A stretch of DNA of 64,000 nucleotides from Tubiluchus corallicola (Eukaryota; Animalia; Priapulida). Location: contig JAQGDQ010000448.1 of assembly GCA_030141605.1 (NCBI GenBank), forward strand, positions 124,001 through 188,000, read 5' to 3'. Under the pieces are notes generated by a model. The model did no database searches, had not been told where the DNA came from, and worked only from the letters and a program-made list of their open reading frames with translations. The first letter of the stretch is position 1, and every line of letters starts with the position of its first letter. Made by a program: the position numbers and the translations under genes. Positions 54,850 to 64,000 of this stretch are shown here, piece by piece.

Positions 54850-55190
54850 AAAATATATAATAATCATAATTACTTGTATTGTTTTGTTTAGATTTTGGTG
54901 TCATCTAACTTTATTATTTTTTGTTTTCACTTATACTGTTTTCATTTATACTTTGTTTTCATTTATACTGTTTATTATTATTATTTTTTTCCTATTTGAT
55001 TTTGTTATCCGCAGTCTCACCATTTACTTTTAATATACTAATTTAATTATTAGACAGGGCAGGAGACTAGATGACCCTATGGTCCTTCCCTGCCCTGCTC
55101 CACTACTATAATTAAGTAATATTTAAAAAAACTTGTCATGTCAAACAAATGGAGAAAATAAATGTTCTATGTCTATGTTCTATGTCTATG
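54850..55190 (+). mobile_element. 3' end of an L2/CR1-group (Crack/Daphne-like) LINE
   Basis: T-rich 3'UTR, stem-loop CAGGGCAGG...CTAGATGACCC...CCTGCCCTG (55055-55097), AATAAA at 55157, then a (T)TCTATG tandem-repeat tail. Confidence 0.55.
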
Positions 55191-56744
55191 TGCTATTATT
55201 TATACTTCCCTATCACAAAACCTGTATGATCTTATTTTTGTGTATACGTGCGTCTGTCTCTAATTCAGTAATAGCTGTTTTATCTGTGTAAAATTACAAC
55301 TTCCAGAAAACGGGTAATTCGATCAGAGATAAATTACAATTGGCTTGTGTTTTGTAAAAATATGCGAAAAAATTCTTTTTAATGCTTTCAGTGCAATCTT
55401 CCCCCTCTCTTTGCCTTTCCTCTCTGTTTCTCCCGCACCTATTATTCTTTTCATTCTCCTGCTCTCTAATTTCCCCTGTCCCATTTTCTTTGGCCATATC
55501 TCTTTGCTTTTACTTATCTTTCAGTAACAGTCGGCCACGTAGCGAGAAATCATACTAAAGGTCGCAATTTTTGAAAGGTTTTTGGTATTGCTTATTATAT
55601 TTTTTGTTATTGTGTGGCGTAGTGGGTAGTGGTAAATTGGCTGTGAGCTTTCATAATTATTTTAATTGGAGGTAAAAATGGCGATTATTTGTAGAAGTAC
55701 TTGCGTTTAAAGCAATGTGTAATTAGCAATTTATGTTATAAAGCGCACTATAAGTGAAAAAAGCATGATTTGATAAAATTAAATTCACGTTGGATTGCTC
55801 GCAGTGCCTATACGTATAATTAAATTAAATTATTTTTAAAATAACCACGATCATGACATTTTATATATCGCAGTTAAAAGCAAAATATAAATTATTCAGA
55901 TACTGTATTGTAACTTACGTGAGAAGTTTGCTTAGTTTAGTTTAGTTTTATTTAGTTTATTTTTCCAAAATGTCATAATAATTAATATGTAAATTGTTAC
56001 ACTACATTACAATACATTAGAAAACACACTTTTCCTACAACAAACAAAGGAAAATTAAAAAATTTGCAGGATGTTCAGATATTGGCTCAGGCTAAGAAGG
56101 TAAACTTGTAAATACCTTTGCACTTCTTGCCTTGTACTCAATGGCATGTTGTGCCTCGCTGTGTACCACTGTCTTGCCATATACTGCCTTGTGGTACATT
56201 GCACTGCGGTAAATAGCAAATTTTTTTGTAGCATCATGGTACATGGTGAGAGAATACAAGGAGAGACAGTATGTGGCAATACCATGTAGTAACACTAATA
56301 TTCGTACTATTACTTAAGATGAAGTAAAATTAATTTCCATCAGATATTAATTATAAGTAATTATTAGTTGTCAATAGATAGACAATTAACAGATATGCTT
56401 GTAAAACAATTGACACCCATGAAGGTAACGTTAAGATGTTTAGGTAATAGTTGTCACAAAATTGATGGAGCACTCATGTGCAGTGAAAATTGCCTGTGAT
56501 TCAACCATGCTGACTCAGGATTTGCCACATTGCTTGAAAAGGCATCAGTATCAGTCTGGGTATTTCAGTCAGCTAGATTGGTTTTTAGTGGTACAGTATA
56601 GATTTGCTAGCTCCTGTTATGGCAACATCTGTATTTTTGTGACTTGTTGGCGCTAAATCTCCGCTTGCAGCTCTGTCCTTATAAATTAAATCATTTGGTG
56701 GTGTTGCACAATTTATCTTAAATATTGCTATCAAGAATCCAAAG

Positions 56745-56820
56745 TTGTCTCTCTCTTTCTCTCCAGATGTCTTTGTCTCTCTCTCTTTCTGTCTCTCTCT
56801 CACTCTCTTTTGCTCCATCT
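56745..56820. repeat. (CT)n-rich microsatellite
   Basis: Imperfect CTCTCT runs upstream of the acceptor at ~56899. Confidence 0.8.
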
Positions 56821-56933
56821 ATATGTTTGATGTATCATTTAGTGCAAAATTGATAAAGTTTTGAATATTTAGCATCACAAATTTGTGTGTTTTTTGTAGT
56901 TTAATAAACAACACCATCTGTTAGAGGAATGCC

Positions 56934-59900
56934 ATGCCGCCTCCAGATAGGCCACTTCAGGCTAAAGAAGCGGCTTTTGTATACAATTTTACAGAGAATT
57001 CTAAAAAAGGAAGTAGCAATGAATTAAAGAATGGGCTTATGAATGGTAAAAATGAACTGGATGCATTGAAAGAGAGTGTGGCACCCAAAAGTGGACACAA
57101 GAATTATGTTGGCGCTGAGATACCGCATCATGATCCACATAGAGTTTTGCCCTTAGATTTAAATATGTGTAGTAATAATGAGATGTGCTCAGACTGTTGT
57201 ACAGAGCACGAGACTTGCGATGAACTACCTGTCGCTTTTAGGACTGTTGCTGACATTGAACAACGAGCTGATGTATGCAGTGATATAGATGATGATGAGC
57301 AACGTTTTAGTACTGGGCCTCAAACGTGGTCTGATGGTAATCAATTTAACAGGCAAAATGGTGTCTCTGTTGTGACAAATGGTATAGGTAATCACGACAT
57401 CATTAGTGATACTGTGGATAGTCTCAAGTCTAGTACATGTGGTAAGAATGAACCTTGGCGAGATAAGTGGATACTTGAATGTATTGATCACATGAACGCT
57501 TATTTGCTTAGCCAACAGGAGAGAGATGAAAGCCTAGCAAATGAAGTGAGCAAAGAAGAAGCTGAGAAGCATAGCAACCCATCCGTAGATGGTATGAATG
57601 AATATCTTCGTAACAATCGCCATCTTATTGCTGATGGTGATGCAGATTCTGATATCAGTAGTGCTAATGAGGAAGTGCCAGTAATATCTACTCATGTCCG
57701 CAAAGCGTCATCTGACCACTCTCCTGATTTTTTAGAGTTTGATTTTCAGGCTGCAGATGATGAAGAGCGCATTGATGCTGGTTGTGTTTCTGATGATGAA
57801 GGTTTGTTTGATTCTGATTTTGTAGAGACTTCGGTAAACCATGCATTTACCGAGCATGGTGATGAGGTTGATGATAAAGACATTCTACTTCAAAAACTGC
57901 ATGACTGTGATAACCATGATCGTGTTTTTTCTGATAAATCTGAAGGGATTAGTGCATCCAGTAAGATAAAGTGTACATCCTGTGGTGATACGTGTTGTTA
58001 TTCGTGTTGTGGTGAAGACTTAAAGGATGATGTAGTACTTTCTAAGTGCTGCGGTCAGCAGTCGTGTTCCGATCATGACTGTATAAAAAGCACTGTATGT
58101 TGTAATTCTAGTATTTGTCACAAAGGGGGTGATGCTTTTACTCTGTCTCCTTTGCAAGTGCCTTTATGTTCCAATCATTCTCCACTTCGTTGTGTTATTG
58201 TGAAAAGTCATAGTTTTGACGACGAGAGTGCAGTTACATCCACATTTGCACATGAGTTGCATAATGGCAAGAATGAAATCAAAAACACAACAGTTTCACA
58301 AAAGAAGCCCGATGAACTTCGAACACATTTTCGCTTGTATCCTATTAAGAGTCGTAGTTTCGACGAAGGAATGTTACTTAGAAACTTTAAGTTATCATTT
58401 CGCGGCGACTCTGGGCAAGAAAAAGAACATATTTATGAAGAACTTGATTCATATCTGAAGGAAGAGGAGGAGGATGAAGACTATGTAAGTCTTCAAGGTC
58501 CTGTGAAAAATGTCATGTTGTGGAGCGAAAGTGAAGCTTATGCTTTACAAGTGAATCAGATTGGAAAGTCATCATGTGGTGCAACAGCAGTAATTAATGT
58601 TCTTGTAAGTACCAAGAATTTTTACTATGCCATTATATTAGTATGAATATTATACAAACTTACAACAAGTGCATAGGTGCTAGACAGTTTGGTTTGTAGT
58701 TAAGTAAGTACTAAGTACATAGTAAGTTAGTACATTGTCATAGCTTAGAAGATTGATGCTGTGGATTTGTGTTTCTCATTCAAATTTCATTCTTGTACCT
58801 ATAAGATATTATTGTTAAAGCCTTCTTTATTTAAGACGGTATCAGAATTAATTTATTTACTAAAAAATTACAGAGAGTTCTTGGTTTTGATGTTTTGCCT
58901 GAGATTGCTGCAGCAGCTGTACATACTAACATGAGGGCAGAATTGTCACCTGTTCCAGAATATTTGTACTCACGTTCAGTTGCAGGTATGCTATTCTTTT
59001 GTGATATTTTAAAACAGTAACAATCATTATATGCATTTTAAGTACAGCTGCCAAAATAACTTTTTGGTAAGTTCTGTGAAGTAAAATTTGCGAAAAATAC
59101 TGAAATACTATAATCTACTTAAAATGGCAACCAAAGAAGCTAAACTTCTACTCAAGGCCGATTGTACAGAACCAAATTAGAATTATGAAAAAAGTACCAA
59201 CAATAAAGTTTTCATGAACACATTTTATTTACACTAAATTACACAAAGGAAAACATTTCAAAATCAGCTAATTTCATCAGAAATAAATGACTAAAATTTT
59301 GATGAAAAACAGTTTTTTAATTTTTCATACTGAAATCCAAATCAGAAAATCATTATTGTTATTAAACAAATCCAGTAATTTTAACGTTTTTCAAAAAAAA
59401 TCTGCTTTTTAATAAAATAGTTTAATAAATTTATGATTTGAACATTTCCAGTTGCAGTTTAAATAAATATAGTAATACTATGTCCAACAGATCCAATAAT
59501 TTTAAAAAGACATTGATCACCAAAAAGATTTTTGGTTATCCTGAATGTCAATTAATCTTCTGTGAAGAGTGAGACTTTATGTTCACAAATTCTAGTACAG
59601 TCAAACCTCCTTATGCTGCCCACTTTGGGACTCCATAAAAGTTGGTGTTAAGCGAGTTTGACATTATAACGAGGCCCATTAATACATACATGTCTATGCA
59701 ATATACAGTCATATACATGTCATATATAGGTATATGAAAAGGTATATATTTTTGCCAACATAGGACACATTGCAGTTTCCGCATGTAAATTTATATGCAT
59801 AAGTACTACACTAGATTTGAGAAATAGGGGAATATTGTTCTTAAATATAAAAAAATTGATAAATGGAGTGAGCAAGTGAGTGTTATGCAATTTGATTTGT

Positions 59901-62742
59901 GGAAACTGAATTAAACAAATGCATAGGACATGATGTAATTGACAACGAATTGGTAATAAGCTGCAACACTGCAGTGCAACATTAGGCTTTTATGTATAAA
60001 CATTATTTAAAGATAAGGGAGGCAGTTATTTTGTATTTTTTATGCTTTTATTCCCAGCTTATTTTGCAGATAAGGTTTCTAAGAATATCACACTTATTAA
60101 TTTGGTTTAGATGTAATAGACAATGCTCTAAAATTTTTGACCAAACTATATATAGCTAGTAGCCTGTCGAATTTCATCACTCTGATTTATATTTTTGTTT
60201 GCTAAAAGCATAAAACTACAGGTTAGGTAAAGTGTTTTACATGCCAATTTATTTTGATTGCCTGTTTTTAGGAGCAACGCATAAAGAGCTGATAGACGGC
60301 ATAGATGTATTAACTCAAGGAGCTGTTGCAGCCAAGTTTTTCCATCTGTATCCTGCCAGACAGCTAAACTTATCTCGTTGGTTAGGATACTGGATGACTC
60401 GAGGTAAGCTGTTCACCCTTTTTACTTGTCATTGTGAGTAAGGAAATAGTTTCAGACAAACAGTATGTTTATAAAATTCAAGTTACAAAATTTTAAATGT
60501 TCCTATTCAGAATAATGTTGCTGGAAATGTTTTTTTTTATGTTCTGGTGATTCTTTCAGATGTTACTGATGACATTATGTTTTCAGGTGTGGTACCCGTG
60601 GCTACACTAAATCTTCAGGTAGCTACACAACCAGGAGAACCTATACCTGATGCATGGCATCATCAAATGGTCCATGGTGTTTCTTCTAAAGGTACAATAC
60701 TTATCTGCCAGGAGGGTGCAAAATAAGTGGATTTACTTTGCAAGAAAACTGTCAAATTTCTTTTCAAGTTTTTGCTGAATTAGTTTCTAATAAAAGTCAA
60801 ACAAAGCAGGAATTTAGATACAAAAATGTTTGCAGTTTCGTTTACTAAATTATATCGAAAAAGTCTAAAATGATTCTTCTTAATATTTTGAATTCAAGAA
60901 GAGTTTTTTAAACATTTGAAAAACTGCTTTTCAGCTGTTCTCTGAACAAATTTCTGTCAATCTGCAGCTGCAGTTGAATCTATAATTCTGCAGGCAATCA
61001 CGGCGACCTGTTCACTGTGCGCTTTCATAGTTGTTCTACTGCCCCGTCACTTTGTTTACATAAAGAGGGCTATTAAAACCTCTGATTGCAAATATTAAGC
61101 TGGCCTGAATAGTAATGCCAGTTTATTTAATAAATTTGTAAAACAATTCAACTTAACTAACATTTGCTAACTTTCATTTGCGCTAAACAAAATTGTAATA
61201 TTATTGCTGATTTTTATATTTGACTAGTAGCTGGTGTTAGTCAAAACTTCGATACTATTTTTACCTGGTTTAATTTTCCCAAATATTTCGGATTAGGAAT
61301 TGTTCCTTCTGTTGCACTCTCTCTACCATTTTTAGTGCTTTGGCACTTTATAAATGCAATTTTTTACTTATGTAGGTATACATTTAACGAATCCTGTGGA
61401 ATGTGTCCCAGCAGAAGTTTTATCTCAACAGCTTTGTAGCCCTTCGGTTTTGCTTATAAGGCGAGAAGATATTTTAGCTCGCAACCGTGGAGACGGAAAT
61501 TTGTATCCACTCATTACTCATCCTGATCCTCGGTGGGCCCAGATGAATGTTCTAGGTAAGTAGTACATCCTTAATCTTAAATTATTATTATGTGTACTTG
61601 CAAACCATAACTCCTTACCCACTTTTCTGTCAAGAAACTAGTATTGCAATTGTAAAAAACTTCTATTTTCTGACTCCGATTGCAGCTCGTGGAAGCAGTC
61701 ATTTTGCTTCAGGTTTTTTCTGTTCACAAGACCAAATCTTCGTCAAGAAGAGCCAACTACTGGATTTAAACGTAACTTCAATTTGCTCTTGTAAAGTCCA
61801 CAGCAACTACACTTTCGTACGGTTGCTAAGTGTTTTGTAGAAACGTGACAAAAAAACAATGGCTAACTTTAACAGCGATTTTCTCGAGATTACGTTTTTC
61901 ACTGCATAACATGCACCTCAATTTCAACTCGGATTATGTCAGCTTAGGAGTAACATAGAGCAATGTGCTTGGTATCAAAATGATCCTCATGAAATAGAGA
62001 TACCGGATATGTGGATAACTAGAAAAGCTTAATTGCCGATTTATGGACGATTTTGCTATGCTTGCACACATATACTCTGTTGTACACTTTAGATATGTGG
62101 TGTGTTATATTCACTTCAGTTTTTATGTTTATCTTCTGTCTTTATTATTTATTTATGTTGCTTCTGAGCATTTCTTTGCACTTCCCGTCATTTCAGAAAT
62201 ATAAATCTGGCACAGTGATAAAAAGGCACCTGATCTCATGAAAATGATAAAAGTTGTAGTTTGAAGGATGTACTTTTGATCTGATTTCAATGTATGTCCA
62301 AACCTTAGGTGCTGCAACTTTTACCCCTTATTATTTCAACTTAAAGAAGAGAATGAATTGTGTTATGACCCAATTTGTTAAGGACCTGAACTAGTTGATT
62401 GTGTAGATTCTGTTGATTAATATTCCTACTTTTTAGTTAACTGTACTTTTGCATGCTACCATTTTAAATAACATTTTAAAAAAGAAACTGTAAATTCAAA
62501 TTGATTTTTTTGTTGCTATTGATGCAGGCCAGGTAGCAAACATACTTCGAGAAGATGAAGGCTACTGGGAAGCTAAAGAACGAAGGGAAATGTCTTCATC
62601 CTCTTATTTGACATCCCACATCAGAATTCCGGCTGCTTATAAATCGGGAATTACGTTATTTGCCCGGCGTGATTCACCCGGGTTTGATATTCTTCAGCGA
62701 TCAACGAGCCTGTCTTTATTATCCGAGAAAAAGGAGGACTAG
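56934..62742 (+). CDS. Uncharacterised protein: acidic/Cys-rich N-terminus plus putative papain-like (C39/phytochelatin-synthase-like) catalytic domain
   Basis: Exons 56934-58604, 58874-58985, 60272-60403, 60587-60691, 61376-61555 and 62528-62742 join in frame. Core motifs: QIGKSSCGATAVINVL, YLYSRSVAGATH, VPVATLNLQ, PDAWHHQMVHGV, IHLTNP, HIRIPAAYKSGITLF. The gene structure is solid; the function is inferred. Confidence 0.85.
59598..59700. mobile_element. pogo/Tigger-like terminus fragment
   Basis: TA-CAGTCAAACCTCCTTA...GGGAC... terminus pattern. Other end not found. Confidence 0.45.
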
Positions 62743-63468
62743 TTTTACCAGAAAAAGAAGAAAGCTTTGCCTTCTCTATTGATTAGACTTTGTTTCATTT
62801 ATCAACCCTTGTTATGATTTCATTATATGAGCTGTTGTTGTTTATAAATTGCAGATTTTTTATATATATGTAAATGCTATTTTAAAATGGGTCAGTAAGC
62901 AGTTTTAGGTCAAACTTAGTTTAGAAGTAACTTTAACACTTTTTAACTTTTGTGTTTATTGTGACACTGTGTTATTAGCAGCTAAGTAAAGGGTATTAAG
63001 ACTTGTCTCCCGGTGAAGTGTCAAGTTGCCACCTAAATTTTAATATCTAGAATTTGTAACATGACTTATAAACCATAGAGAAATGTTTTAATATAATTGC
63101 CTTTAGGTGGTCTTAGCTTTAAATTGTGACTTACCATTGCTGTAGCTGTTCTGGCGAATGTAAACCCTGACATTGATAAATCTATAACTGTTTCTGTTGC
63201 TCCTTATGTGGGTACCTGCCATATATATATAGAGCTAATCTGTCTTGCATGTGTCATCAAGTAAATTTTTGTTAATTACCAACTCTAGCTGTTTGCTTCT
63301 TATGTAATTCTGTAATGAAATTCATTAGATATTTAGAAAGTGATTGATGAAATCTGAATGAAATTCTTTAGCTTTAGGAAGCTGATTGTGAATTAAATTT
63401 TATAGACTTAATGAAGTTGATTGAAGTATGTTACATGCATTGTGACACATCAACTCGGGAAGGCATTA

Positions 63469-63950
63469 CAGTATAACATCATTATAGCAAACCTGCTAGG
63501 GACCCAAAAACTATTCTATAACCTAGGTATTCTATAAGCACACATGGTTAATGTATATAACTAATAGATGGACAAGCATATAATTAAGAATTGTCATGTG
63601 TAAATAATGTACAGATGTGGTTTCATCTTATGAGGATGTAAGCTCGTAAAAGCATTTTTAGAAGGTGCTATGTGTGAATACTTCGCTTGTGTGAACCACT
63701 TCAGCAATGCTTGATCAAGTTCTGGAAACACTAATAAACTTGTTCGTTTTCTTGTTGATGAAACGCTGCATTGACTTTCAAAAGCATCAATTATTTTTTA
63801 TCGATTAGTAATACTAACAGCACTTTTTGCCAAATTTCTATCATTGTGGACTAATGAAGGCTTTTTACCACAACTTCACATATAACTCCGTATTTCTCAG
63901 AAAGAGAAAATTGATCAGTTTTCTTTTCTTTGCTTGATGACAAACACATG
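63469..63950 (-). mobile_element. Internally deleted Tigger/pogo element with decayed transposase N-terminus
   Basis: Terminus TA-CAGTATAACATCATTATAGCAAACCTGCTAGGGACCC at 63469. Minus strand ~63950-63630 translates, with stops and frameshift, as FSLSEKYGVICEV...LAKSAVSITNR*KIIDAFESQ...RKRTSLLVFPELDQALLKWFTQAK, the CENP-B-type HTH region of Tigger transposases. Confidence 0.78.
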
Positions 63951-64000
63951 ATGTATACATTGCCTGACAGAGTTACAAATTATAGAACTAGCTGGTTGCT

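Noticed and set aside
56055-56295. Overlapping minus-strand ORFs with repetitive peptides
   Set aside because: They derive from a degenerate short-period repeat, not coding sequence.
1-64000. Most short (60-130 aa) ORFs in the supplied track
   Set aside because: They are F/L/I/C/Y-rich translations of AT-rich introns, antisense shadows of real exons, or real exons extended into intron sequence.

Overview
AT-rich, intron-rich eukaryotic (invertebrate animal-like) genomic DNA, not prokaryotic. Reading splice sites by hand gives six protein-coding genes. (1) Most of a phosphorylase kinase alpha subunit gene (+, 53-22698; 5' end lies outside the window), ending in a CAAX box. It carries a clear tandem-duplicated, mutually exclusive exon pair, a second candidate exclusive pair and several frame-preserving micro/cassette exons. 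(2) An intronless DUF4419 gene (27303-28574), a horizontal-transfer candidate. (3) A 4-exon minus-strand C2H2 zinc-finger gene whose finger exon is missing from the ORF track. (4) An intronless AKAP14/AKAP28-family gene. (5) A FAM149 (DUF3719) gene with a GC-AG intron. (6) An uncharacterised gene with a long acidic/Cys-rich N-terminus and a papain-like (C39/phytochelatin-synthase-like) Q-C-H-N core. Introns and intergenic DNA hold hAT and pogo/Tigger MITEs, a decayed Tigger transposase, a LINE 3' end, SINE remnants and a tRNA-derived hairpin. Family assignments come from recalled motifs, not database searches. Exon coordinates were counted manually and may be off by a base or two.
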